A stretch of 64,000 nt of DNA from Neoconidiobolus thromboides FSU 785. Its lineage: Eukaryota > Fungi > Entomophthoromycota. This document shows positions 53,000-64,000 of this stretch, one piece after another (the first letter of the stretch is position 1; each line of letters begins with the position of its first letter). The position numbers and the translations under genes were made by a program. The notes beneath the pieces are model-generated. The model did no database searches and was not told the origin of the DNA. It saw only the letters and a program-made list of their open reading frames with translations. Location: the NCBI GenBank assembly GCA_025603075.1, contig MU626275.1, positions 1 to 64,000 on the forward strand, given 5' to 3'.

Positions 53000-53253
53000 G
53001 TTTTAAAGTTAAAATATCAACATTTTGTAATTAGTTAATAGCTTTATAAAATAAAAATTATTTTAATAAGTGAAAAGTGTGTTAATAAAACCAATTTTTT
53101 TTGCTTATTAATTTATTAAATTTACCAATGTTTTTATTTAAATTAGTGGAAATCTTAGATCCTGATAATATTAGTACTGCTTCAAACTAAACGCAATTAA
53201 ACTTTTTAATTTGCTATCATCTTCATTCAAAGCCTAAAATAATACTAGAATAT

Positions 53254-53351
53254 GAGAATGTTTTTTTGATTTCATCACTTTTTCCATTTTTTAAGCGTTA
53301 TTTGAGCGAAAAGATTGTTAGTTAAATTCTCAAACACAAAAATACATCCAC
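53254..53351 (-). mobile_element. ~97-bp MITE copy
   Basis: Consensus match; flanks ATAT/ATTG. Confidence 0.82.
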
Positions 53352-54299
53352 ATTGTCCTTATAATTAGAGTATTAAAACGAAAAAATGACAAATAAAAGG
53401 ATAGTTGTGTTTAATTTGAGTTATAGTAATTTTTACTAAGTATGCTGATTTTGTTGCACATGTAACTAATTTTTCTAAATATATCTTTTATTCCGTTTTA
53501 TATAGTTTGACTAAATTACTCAGCTCAAAAAAAAATTATAATAAAAGTACACAGTATTTTTAAAAGAATATTGATTTATAAAGCTTTAAAATCAAATCTA
53601 ATTTACCTAAAAAAGGTGAAAGGCTAGTTAATAGCCTTCGCACTTTGGATTGTGAAATATTTCATTTCTAAAAGTAATAAGCATTTAAAATTCATTTTAT
53701 GCTAATTTTTAAGTACTTAAAATAGCGTAAAGATAATTATAAGCCCTGAAATAGTAAAAAAATTAAAATCAATTTATTTCATTATAATTATAGTGTAGAA
53801 CAGCTTGCAATTATATGTTTTACGTTATTTTTGACTTATAGTCCATCCTTTCTAATATGAACTTGATAGTCATAACTGTTTATATTATTAAGTTTATTAA
53901 ATAAGGTCAACTACAAATTATAAAATATAAAATACATCTGATTCAAAGCTGTTTTAAGTATAAATTTTATTTAAAAAATAAAGACTATTAAAACTAAGCT
54001 TAATTACTGTTTTATACTTTATTTGTATTATCGTTATAAATGGCATACATAAAATCCGTTTAAATAAAACACTAAATTCATTCTGCGTTTTATACAAGGA
54101 TTCAATTGTTATTAATAAATTATTAGAAGTTATATTTTAGTAAATATTATTTTATTTATATATTGAATAAATGTCTATCCCTTTATTACAATTGGTTTAA
54201 AAATGAAATCATTCTTAATTTCGTCATTTAACATGAGAATTAGACCCTATAAATATGACACTTTTATTATTTTATCATTTATTAAATTTAATTGAAATC

Positions 54300-54956
54300 A
54301 TGAAATTGTTTATTGTTACTATATTTGCTGGTATAGCATTAGCTGCTGGTCCAAAAGGAATAGATGTAAGTGGCTGGCAACCTAATGTTAATTGGAATAC
54401 TGTTAAAGCAAACGGGGTTGAATTTGTTTACATTAAAGCAACCGAAAGTACCAATTACAAGAGTCCACAATTTAATTCTCAATATACTGGTGCAACAAAT
54501 GTAGGTTTAATTCGTGGTGCTTATCATTTTGCCCGTCCTGGGTCCTCTTCTGGTGCTGCCCAAGCTAATTATTTTGTAGCCAATGGCGGAGGATGGAGTG
54601 GTGATGGTAGAACTCTACCTGGTGCTCTTGACCTTGAAGCTGGTTGTAGTGGTTTATCTCAAGCAGCTATGGTTAATTGGATTCGAGATTTTAGTAACAC
54701 TTACCATGCTAAAACTAGTAGATATCCAGTAATTTATACTACTACAAGTTGGTGGCAACAATGTACTGGTAATAATGCTAGTTTTGGGAATACTAATCCC
54801 TTATGGATTGCTCGTTGGGCAAGCTCTCCTGGAGCTTTACCAGCTGGTTGGTCCTTTCATACTTTTTGGCAATATGCTGATAGTGGTCCAAACCCTGGTG
54901 ATCAAGATTATTTTAATGGTAGCTCTGCTAATCTTAAGAAATTTGCTAGCGTATAA
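54300..54956 (+). CDS. Secreted GH25 (Chalaropsis-type) muramidase/lysozyme, 218 aa
   Basis: Likely start ATG 54300 (MKLFIVTIFAGIALA signal). GIDVS, YIKATE, GAYHF, catalytic LDLE, WQY and GDQDYFNG; intronless. Confidence 0.95.
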   Translation: MKLFIVTIFAGIALAAGPKGIDVSGWQPNVNWNTVKANGVEFVYIKATESTNYKSPQFNSQYTGATNVGLIRGAYHFARPGSSSGAAQANYFVANGGGWSGDGRTLPGALDLEAGCSGLSQAAMVNWIRDFSNTYHAKTSRYPVIYTTTSWWQQCTGNNASFGNTNPLWIARWASSPGALPAGWSFHTFWQYADSGPNPGDQDYFNGSSANLKKFASV

Positions 54957-55783
54957 TAAACTATATTAATAATATTTCTATTTCTTAAAATTGATTATAA
55001 AATTTATGATAAATTATTATAAACAGCAAAAATCTTTGTTATTGTAAAATAACAAGAATCCTATATTTTTTAAAAAATAGGAAGAATTATACTAATAGTC
55101 GATTATTATTCATTTTTATACTGATGAAAAAATGGTTTGGATGTTTTAATACAGTGTCAATATAAATTGTCCCAAAAATTAAAGTACTCAATTTTGGACA
55201 TTTGTTGCGAAATAAACATTATATCCCTAAACGAAGCCCATCAGTATCATTTCGATCATCATTTCTTTGCTAGCGACTTTTGAGATTCAGTTTAGCTGAA
55301 TTTTACCGCCTCTTTCCCATTTTAAAAAACTTTATAACATCCTTCACCTTAAGAAATCACAGCAACGTGATCATCCTGAAAAACTAATCAACATTCTTTT
55401 CCCGTCTTTTGACAATAACTTCGGCCTGTTGGCTCTTGGTCTATTCAATCGAGACTTGTTATTTTAATTTGTGCCAATACAAGCCTTGAATTTTTTAAAA
55501 TATTACAACCATTTGTCTAATAAATTTTATACTGTTTGAAGTTAGTTTAAACTCAGTATACAATTTCTACTTGGTTTTGATTTATAAAAATTGTCAAGCA
55601 CACACATTGTTAAAAGAGTGGTTTATTAAATTTTTAAAGCATATGGGGGTACCTTTTGGATGTTATTTAGTCATCTATTTTTTAAAGTTTATGCTATGTA
55701 AAAAAGGTTCCTATGCAAAGTTTGCAAAGCTAAACGAACAATTTATAAAATCATAAAACAAATTATTATGATTATGTATATAT

Positions 55784-55881
55784 GGGGACGTATTTTTGTG
55801 TTTAAATTTTACTAACAAATTTTCCGCTTAAATAACGCTTAAAAAATGGAAAAAATAATGAAGTCAAAAAAAAATACTCCC
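55784..55881 (+). mobile_element. ~97-bp MITE copy
   Basis: ATAT on both flanks. Confidence 0.9.
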
Positions 55882-56166
55882 ATATTTAAAAATCAGTTAA
55901 AAGCAAAATAAAAATTTCTCAGCTGGATTTTTGTATTAACTAAAAAGTAGAAAGTTATAATAAAATTATTCATTAAATAAATATATTTTAAAAAGCTCAA
56001 TGAGTTTACATTTTAATGTTATTATCATCAATAATAGAAATCATTTTAAAATATTATTAGTTTTCAAACTAAACTATGTTGGGCTTAAATTAAAATTAAT
56101 TTTATTAAAATTTTAAATTTTACATCACTAGTAATAAATAGTTTAAATAGAAGAAAGACAAAGTGA

Positions 56167-56946
56167 TTAGTTTTTCGATGAAAAGGAAAAAAGAGAAGAG
56201 GAGCTACTTTTAATTGTATCTTCAATTAATTTATCTTGAGTAAAAACATATTCTTCAGGAAGTTCTTCATCAATATCTTCTGGATCACCGCCAACTGAAG
56301 CATAGATTTCTTTCATACTTGGATACATTGCAAATTTTTTAGGTCGAAAGTCATAAACTATTTCTCCATTTGTATTAATAACGAATGTTCCACCAAGTTG
56401 ACGAAGATCTCCTTTGAAGTTGATTACCATACCATTCAAATTCAAATTCAACATCAATTTCATAATATATTTATTTACCATACATGACATATGATACATT
56501 CTTGTAACCTTCGTTAGTCCAGCAGCTTTATACACATTCCTCTCTGGATCAATATAAATATCCCATCTCCAATAACCACAAGATAAAAACGATTTCAAAT
56601 CTACATCTTCAAATACAACAGCAGCTAATCCAATACCTTGTCTTTCAAAAAATGGTTGTAAATCAGACATTAATTTAGCTTCATGCATACAAAGCGTACA
56701 ACCTAATCTAGCTAATACTTTCAAAATCATAGGTCTCTTTTGCCATATATCGCTCAATAGTACCTCATTACCATCGATTGTTTTCACCTTTATACCCTTA
56801 AATATACTTGCATCTATCTTAATTTTTTCTCGATATTTTCTTATTAACTCTTCCAAAGACTCACTTGATTGTCTTTTTTCTAACTCACCACCGAAAGTTT
56901 CAGAAGGTTTTGAATCACCTAGGAAGCAAGTGCAAAAAGGGAACAT
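56167..56946 (-). CDS. SelU/PRXL2-like oxidoreductase, paralogue 4 (259 aa)
   Basis: RLGCTLCMHEA and GDLRQLGGTFVI; intronless. Confidence 0.88.
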   Translation of the reverse strand: MFPFCTCFLGDSKPSETFGGELEKRQSSESLEELIRKYREKIKIDASIFKGIKVKTIDGNEVLLSDIWQKRPMILKVLARLGCTLCMHEAKLMSDLQPFFERQGIGLAAVVFEDVDLKSFLSCGYWRWDIYIDPERNVYKAAGLTKVTRMYHMSCMVNKYIMKLMLNLNLNGMVINFKGDLRQLGGTFVINTNGEIVYDFRPKKFAMYPSMKEIYASVGGDPEDIDEELPEEYVFTQDKLIEDTIKSSSSSLFSFSSKN

Positions 56947-58681
56947 TTATTTTTTATTCAAATAATAAAAATTATAGTCTCATCCTATCTCCTTATATAC
57001 ATTTGATGAATAATTAGCATAATTGAAATAGATTAACATCTTTAAAATCAAATTACCATTAATGGTTTTAGTTTCATTACTCATAATTCAGTTACTTTTA
57101 TTCATTTGCTCCTTTAACTTACCATTCTTTATGCATTAACTTTATTCAGGCATTTAATCTATGCATTTGAACAGTACAAAAATTTTATTACATGAAATTA
57201 AGCTAAAATAAGAGACAATAAGTATGATGCCATTACCTTTTTCTTTATATGTCGGACTTGATTTTAATTTTAATTTTGATTTTGATTATATAATCATTAT
57301 GTTTATTTGTTTGTTTTGATCTTTTTTACCACCAAAAATTGATTATTATCATTTTAAATAGTGCATCCTTTATTCCAAAAGTAAGAAAATTTTTAAAAAT
57401 AACATCAGATTATGCAGCTAAAAATATAGCATAACAAATTTTAGATTCCTCAATTGATGCACAATAAACAGTTCCATAAAAAATGAATCAACCCAACAAA
57501 TAATAAGTTCAGTTGAATTAGAACATTATAACACTCATTCGTAAAATAGAACTGTTACAGTCCTTTCACGACTTTATCAACTACTCATTTAAGAAAATCT
57601 ACCTTGTATTTGATTAAAATATAGTAACCAGGCTTTAGAAAACCCGTTATACAACTAACTTGTTATAAAAATCACTGCTAAAACAATCACAAAAGGACTG
57701 CAACAGTTTTAAATTCTTTTTCTACTAAAATTCAATTGGATTTTATTTAATTTGGTTTTTAGTTAAAGATCAGCTCTCATTTTAACATGGTCTATAAGGG
57801 GATGAATGACTAAAAAGTTCAAAAAGATTCCGCTAAACGTCAATTTAATCTTTTGGATTTCAAATGTTGAAACCTAAAACATGACCATTTTATAATATTT
57901 TATAATATTTTACCTCATTTAAAATGATAGTTAATTTTATGAGTTAAATATTGAAAATGAATATAAATATTAGTAAAATTAAAAATAGATTAATAATATA
58001 ACTCAATAAACATGCTAAAGAACAGATTTACTATCACAAATTCAATGGTTACAAATCTGTCCCTCTGCAATTTGATTGATTATTAGATTTTAAATTATAA
58101 ATGTAAAATTGAAGGTATATATTCTAACTCAAACATAAGGCGTCAATGCTCTTGATGAATACTATTAAACTGGACTAAGTTTTAGCTTAATATTTAATAC
58201 AAAGAGCAACTCTAGCTTTGTGTTATAATTTCGGTTTTAATTTATAAACACAATTGAGTTCATTAGCTTTTAGATTTTAAAGTTTAAAAATTGTTTATTT
58301 TTTGTATCTAGATTTTTTAAGTGTTAAATAAGCAAGCCTATACTTTTTAGATCGTTTAAGGGATGAAATTTTAAATTGTTTTTTTTCAAATTTATTAAAT
58401 ATTAAGTTTTGAATTATTTACATTAATAAAAACAGTATTTGGTCATATTATTAATATAGTACTGATAAGTCATTTTATAAGTATTTAGATTTTTAATATA
58501 CTTAATAATTTTTAACTTATCTGTTATAAAAAATTAGCTACTATTTTTAAATGTTTATTAAACTTGTATTTAAAAATAATGTTATTAATATCAAAGAAAT
58601 ACATATATAAGTTTAAAAAAATTAAATTTATGATATAAAAAGAGACACTTAGTTCGTTTTGTTATAATCCAAAAACCATTT

Positions 58682-58777
58682 GAGGATGTTTTTTTGATTT
58701 CATTATTTTCCATTTTTTAAGCACTATTTGAGTGAAAAGATTGTTAGTAAAAATCTTAGACATAAAAAAACATCCCC
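58682..58777 (-). mobile_element. ~97-bp MITE copy
   Basis: Direct repeat ATTT on both flanks. Confidence 0.87.
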
Positions 58778-58883
58778 ATTTATTAGTATATATAATAAGA
58801 TATTTTAGTTAAAGAAACTTATAATAAAAATAAGTGTACATAATTATTCGTATAAAGATGATTTTTTCAAAGATAAAACATAT

Positions 58884-58982
58884 GAGGATGTATTTTTTTG
58901 TCTAAGAATTTTACTAACAATCTTTCCACTCAAATAGCACTTGAAAGATAGAAAAAGTAATGAAACCAAAAAAAACGCCCTC
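58884..58982 (+). mobile_element. ~97-bp MITE copy
   Basis: ATAT on both flanks. Confidence 0.88.
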
Positions 58983-58996
58983 ATATTTGAAATTCC

Positions 58997-59095
58997 AAGG
59001 AATGTATTTTTATATTTAATAATTTTACTAGCAATTTTTCTGCTCAAATAGTGCTTAAAAGATCGAAAAAGTAACGAAGCCAAAAAAACATCCCT
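58997..59095 (+). mobile_element. ~97-bp MITE copy, tandem to the previous one
   Basis: Consensus match; left end degraded. Confidence 0.8.
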
Positions 59096-59384
59096 ATATA
59101 ATATTTTACTTTACCGTTTACAAAGTATTTATAATAGTATCAATTAAAGCTTTTTGGGATTCCTACATGAAATTCGTAATTTGATATTTAGAGTAACATT
59201 TTTTAATAGTCTAAGTAATATAAATACATTTTATTTTATAATTTTTTAGCGTTTTTTACTTATTGTTATTTAAAACCGTATTAAAATGCTCACGTAATAA
59301 TATGATATATTGATTAGTTGAAGAGTTAGGTTAAAAAGTTAACTGAAGTTCCCAAACTTACTCAAATATTAAGAATCAAAACTT

Positions 59385-59479
59385 CGAAGTGTTTTTTTGA
59401 CTTTATTACTTTTTCCATTTTTTAAGCGCTATTTAAGTGGAAAATTTGTTAGTAAAATTCTTAAACATAATACATCCGC
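59385..59479 (-). mobile_element. ~97-bp MITE copy
   Basis: Consensus core TTTTTAAGCGCTATTTAAGTGGAAAATTTG; small internal deletion. Confidence 0.82.
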
Positions 59480-60965
59480 ATATATTAGATGGTTGGATTA
59501 AACGGAGAGGGGACCAATGTAAAGCAAAGTACTTTGAATTGAAGCCAAGGTAAGCAATTTAATTTGACTACACTAGTTTTGAAAGTTGTTTATTTAGTAA
59601 ATGAAATTTGGATTTTAATTGTTTCAGGTTTAGCAATAACAGCGGTAATAAAGTAAACTTGGGATACTTGCTTAATTTTTCCGTATATGGGTAAGCACTA
59701 ATATACAAACTTATTTTTACTTTGCTTATTGTTCTTGATTATAAATTTAGAATATTAGTAATGTCATATCGTTTTTTGTCCAATATATGAGGACTCCATC
59801 TTAATTCCAGATTCAAACTTACCATTATTATCTATTGAACAAGTAATGTATAAATATTAACTCATTTTGACATGTTCAATTTATATCATAATACATCAAA
59901 TAAGTTAATAAATATACCTATTATATCAACAGTTATTTTAAAATAAAAATACGTCTAGTTTTAAATTATTCATAATTACTTTTGATCAAAGTACATAAGG
60001 CTAATATTACACGTATGGTGTCCAACTATACTAATTAATTTTGGTAACGTAAATTTCCTTTTTTAAAATCAAAGTTATAACTTTAAGCCAATGATATTTG
60101 GCCTCAAATTAAATTTAAATTGAGTAAGCTTAACTTATTTTCAAAATACTCATATTTAGCACTTTTCTCTAATTCCTTTAATTAGCTAATTTAAAAGTTG
60201 TTCCCTCTTTTAACAGCGATTAATTATTGTTCTTTGCTTTCGATTTACTACGTTTATCTTTTTAAATAGAATGAAACCTTGATTTTTTTATAAGATTGGA
60301 TCAATACTACTACAATATGAATCAAGTTAATGAAGATATTATCATATCACATATATAAAACCATGCATTAAATGTAGGCAGATTACGAATTTAAAAGTCA
60401 ATATTATTAACGAGTTATTATTCTTTCTTAAAATATAAAAATATAAGATTTGTTTTTTTCAAAGGTAATCAATCTGGTTATAAGGTCATTTGTTCATTAA
60501 TTACAGTTCTACATTATTTAATAGAATAGGCAACAATGCAAGAATCCACTATTTTTCAAAGTTGACTTGGATTGGTTTATTTTTTTATAGTATGGGTGAT
60601 AACTAATATATTGAGATAGCAGTTAATTTAAATATAATTTTACTTAAAACAATATAATAGTAAAATATAGTAGTAAAACAAATATAGGATGTTAAAGAAT
60701 TTGATTTTCTTAATAATAAACTAACACTCCCTTTAATCCTGTTTTAAACCACAAATTATAAAGTTAAGTTTACTTGCTTAAATCTTGGATTAAAAATATG
60801 ATAATTTTATTACTGAACTTAGGATGAAAATGATCTAAATACTTAAGTGGGATTTATGACTTAAAAATTAAGAATCAAATTTTGAATCAAAAAGTATATA
60901 AACAACTAAAGAACTTAAATATAAATGCTTATTTTACCTTTTATTCAAATAGCGGTCAATTTATA

Positions 60966-61736
60966 ATGTACTACTTTGGATGCTTTCATAGAAGCTCAGA
61001 TGAAACTTTTGACAAACCTATACAAGAAAAAAGGTTATCCTCCGAGTCCTTGGAAGAATTGATAAGAAAATATCGAGAAAAGAATAAGATAGATGCAAGT
61101 ATATTTGAGGGTATAAAAGTAAGGACAGTTGATGGTAATGAGGTGTTATTAAGTGACATATGGAAAAAGAGACCTGTGATTTTGAAAGTATTAGCTAGAT
61201 TAGGTTGTACGCTTTGTATGCATGAAGCTAAATTAATGTCTGATTTACAACCATTTTTTGAAAGACAAGGTATTGGATTAGCTGCTGTTGTATTTGAAGA
61301 TGTAGATTTGAAATCATTTTTATCTTGTGGTTATTGGAGATGGGATATTTATATTGATCCAGAGAGGAATGTGTATAAAGCTGCTGGACTAACGAAGGTT
61401 ACAAGAATGTATCATATGTCATGTATGGTAAATAAATATATTATGAAATTGATGTTGAATTTGAATTTGAATGGTATGGTAATCAACTTCAAAGGAGATC
61501 TTCGTCAACTTGGTGGAACATTCGTTATTAATACAAATGGAGAAATAGTTTATGACTTTCGACCTAAAAAATTTGCAATGTATCCAAGTATGAAAGAAAT
61601 CTATGCTTCAGTTGGCGGTGATCCAGAAGATATTGATGAAGAACTTCCTGAAGAATATGTTTTTACTCAAGATAAATTAATTGAAGATACAATTAAAAGT
61701 AGATCTTCTTCCCTCTTCACATCCTCTACGCTATAA
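60966..61736 (+). CDS. SelU/PRXL2-like oxidoreductase, paralogue 5 (256 aa)
   Basis: Likely start ATG 60966 (MYYFGCF) rather than the TTG at 60882; core almost identical to paralogue 4, opposite orientation. Confidence 0.88.
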   Translation: MYYFGCFHRSSDETFDKPIQEKRLSSESLEELIRKYREKNKIDASIFEGIKVRTVDGNEVLLSDIWKKRPVILKVLARLGCTLCMHEAKLMSDLQPFFERQGIGLAAVVFEDVDLKSFLSCGYWRWDIYIDPERNVYKAAGLTKVTRMYHMSCMVNKYIMKLMLNLNLNGMVINFKGDLRQLGGTFVINTNGEIVYDFRPKKFAMYPSMKEIYASVGGDPEDIDEELPEEYVFTQDKLIEDTIKSRSSSLFTSSTL

Positions 61737-63779
61737 TATTATTCTATTTAATTTATTAAACACTTCAATTTATTGAATATTTTGATTAGTTATTCCGGCT
61801 CCGTTTATGTTTTTGTCCATTGATTGAACCATAATAAAATTCTATTCTAATTAATTTGCGATTATTACTTTGTGAATGAATATATCTAATTAACTTTTAT
61901 AGCTTAATTTGAATAATTTTGTTCTAATTTTTTAAATTATGCTTATGGATAAAAAGCGAGATAATTCAACTATGAATTTTCCTCTCTAAATCAATCACCT
62001 GAATATATTTTATTTAAATTAGTAATAAGAACTTCATTATTGAGGGTCTGAATAAAATCCTATAATAGAAACTATTTTTTCATCTTTTAAAAAGTTAGTA
62101 TTTCTAACTCTCATCTTTTATTAGTTGATATTTTTTGTTAACTTTATAGCTACGCCTCTTTACGTATAACTTTTGAAATGAATATAATGAAATAATTATG
62201 AACAAAATAAATCTTATTACTGAAGCATGTTAAATTGTGAACAAATTAATTGATTTTTTTCAAACCCATAGAATATTAAAGAAGATTCATTATACCGCTA
62301 TCCTATAGTGCGGAACTACAAGTATAAGAATCATAGAATCTTTTAGGAAAGTATCCTCTATTCAGTAAAAATTCAATAGGAAATTTAATTAATTTTGACT
62401 AAATTTATTATATAATAGTACATTATTTTAAGTATACTTAGAGTAAAACTTCAAATAAATTTATTTGGCTTTTATATTTGATAAATAAACCTTTTTAACT
62501 TGGTTTTGAATAAGAAATAATATTTGAAATTCATTTAAAATCGCTGTCAAGAATGGGCAAATCCTTATTCTTTATATAAATCCTACTCTCTTATTAAATT
62601 GTAGTATCTTACTACATCACTTCATTTTATAATATCAATATCTTAAAAAAATACATTGATTCTTTTCAAAAATTAACGGATTTTTGAGATAAGAGATCAT
62701 TTATAAGAACAATATTACTTTATTTTAGTTATTGATAATAGAAAGATAATGAAACACAAGCTAAATTAGGAGAGAGTATTAAAGGAACACGAAGGATTTT
62801 ATTATTCCAGGTTTTACAAATAGTCACGCCTTATTATTTAAAACAAAATTTTAATAAGGGTAAAGTGAAATAACATTTAAAAACTCTGAGTATCTAGGAA
62901 GAATCAAAATCATTAATAAAATAGCCTTGTTTTACAAAGAAATATGATTTAGTAATTATAATATTTTATATTAGGATCGCTTCCACAAAGTATATAATAT
63001 GGCAATAGCTTTCTATTCAAATCATTATATATGAGAGAAAGTCATTTTATAGTAAATTTTTATATAAATTAGTTTATTAAAACGGATAAAAATTATACAT
63101 TTGTTTCTGATATTAAGATTCTAAATCAGACAGTTTAATTTAGCAGAGATATTGTATAAGAATAAAAAATTATTATAAATACTGTTCAATTTCAAAGTAT
63201 TTGCTTGTTAAATGGAATTTAAGAGCTCCTAAATTTAGAGCCAAATAAGACTTTCTTTGACTATTTGTATGTAATCCATAGCTCTTAATTTTTTTTATAT
63301 TATTAGCTTTAGGTTTTATTTCAAAATCATCTTTGCTTATTGTCATTCTTTGTTAAATATTATTTATCTTCGTATATTATAATATTTTGATTTTATTTAA
63401 TTAAACTGTATTTCCTTAGCCAGTATTATTTTAAAATATATTTTTTTAATTTTGTACCATAATTCACTGATTTATAACCATTTTTGATGTTAATAATTAG
63501 ATTTTACTATAGTCATGTTAAAATATCTCAGCTAACAAAATCGATTTTTTAAAACAAATGATAATTAACATGAATCTTTGTTTTTTTGAGTTTAATACTT
63601 TGTGATATTTAAATGTCCCTTTTTTTTGGCTGAATCTTGGTTTTTTACTTAAGCCATATGTATATGTATATTAGAATCTTTAACGTTTTAGTATTGCGAT
63701 ACCTTTTGATTTATTATAATTTTCTTAAATCAGTGTCAGAAACATTGTGTTTTATTGTATAGAAAAGGAAAAATCCGGC

Positions 63780-63998
63780 TTAACCTGGAGAGAAGTCAAA
63801 AATAGAAAGGTCTTTCAACCTGAGGTTTAAAGCTATGTTAAAGGGTAATGAGAAGCAATTGGTTATAGATGAAGTTAAAGCCTGAGGTTTAGGAGATTTT
63901 TTGGGTTGGAGTTTAAACAGAAGGAAGGTCACTTCCTTTTTAGAAGACTCATACCAAGTGAAAGTAAGTAAGAAAGGTAGAAGGAGAGGAGAACTGGA
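63780..63998 (-). CDS. Possible 3' end of an ORF entering from beyond the window; product unknown
   Basis: 72 open codons (SSSPLLLPF...DLSIFDFSPG*) in a GC-richer stretch running off the edge. Confidence 0.3.
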   Translation of the reverse strand, partial: SSSPLLLPFLLTFTWYESSKKEVTFLLFKLQPKKSPKPQALTSSITNCFSLPFNIALNLRLKDLSIFDFSPG

Positions 63999-64000
63999 AA

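Noticed and set aside
55200-55480. Possible Tc1-like transposase relic (NRPRANRPKLLSKDGKRML, minus strand)
   Set aside because: Only one short motif, many stops, no DDE region or TIRs; needs tBLASTx/HMM support.
43642-59083. ORF-track entries 43642-43827, 44206-44397, 45065-45286 and 58844-59083 sharing LFLSFKxYL..KI
   Set aside because: They are translations of MITE copies, not a protein family.
43523-59479. Clustered MITE copies read as a CRISPR-like array
   Set aside because: Repeats are ~97 bp, occur in both orientations with irregular spacing and TSDs, and there are no cas genes in this eukaryotic context.
59484-59860. Exon-like pieces with GTAAGC donors after a MITE
   Set aside because: No consistent spliced frame or recognisable product; a similar unsupported relic lies near 50400-50640.
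35473-61736. Selenocysteine in the SelU-like genes
   Set aside because: All copies have TGT/TGC at the redox positions and no in-frame TGA; no convincing SECIS seen.

Overview
AT-rich eukaryotic genomic DNA in the standard code, with short (about 45-70 nt) GT-AG introns. Gene content (phenylalanine hydroxylase, GFA1, RPN1, REX2, CAF40) points to an early-diverging fungus, possibly Entomophthorales-like; this assignment is inference. Two intron-rich blocks (3.7-9.5 kb and 23.6-34.6 kb) alternate with gene-sparse, repeat-rich compartments whose intact protein genes are all intronless. These are five SelU/PRXL2-like CxxC oxidoreductase paralogues, a secreted His-brace (LPMO-like) protein, two related secreted micro-peptides absent from the ORF track, a GH25 muramidase, a DHA2-type MFS transporter and an NPR/HAL-type kinase. 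Three tRNA genes are present. At least 22 copies of a ~97-bp MITE with mostly AWWT 4-bp target duplications and a ~465-bp TG..CA solo-LTR-like family are scattered through non-coding DNA. The best candidates for something undescribed are the PRXL2 array with patchwork gene conversion, the LPMO-like protein, the PTPVV...TYP micro-peptide pair and the Sola-like MITE. All alignments and translations were done by eye and no databases were searched.
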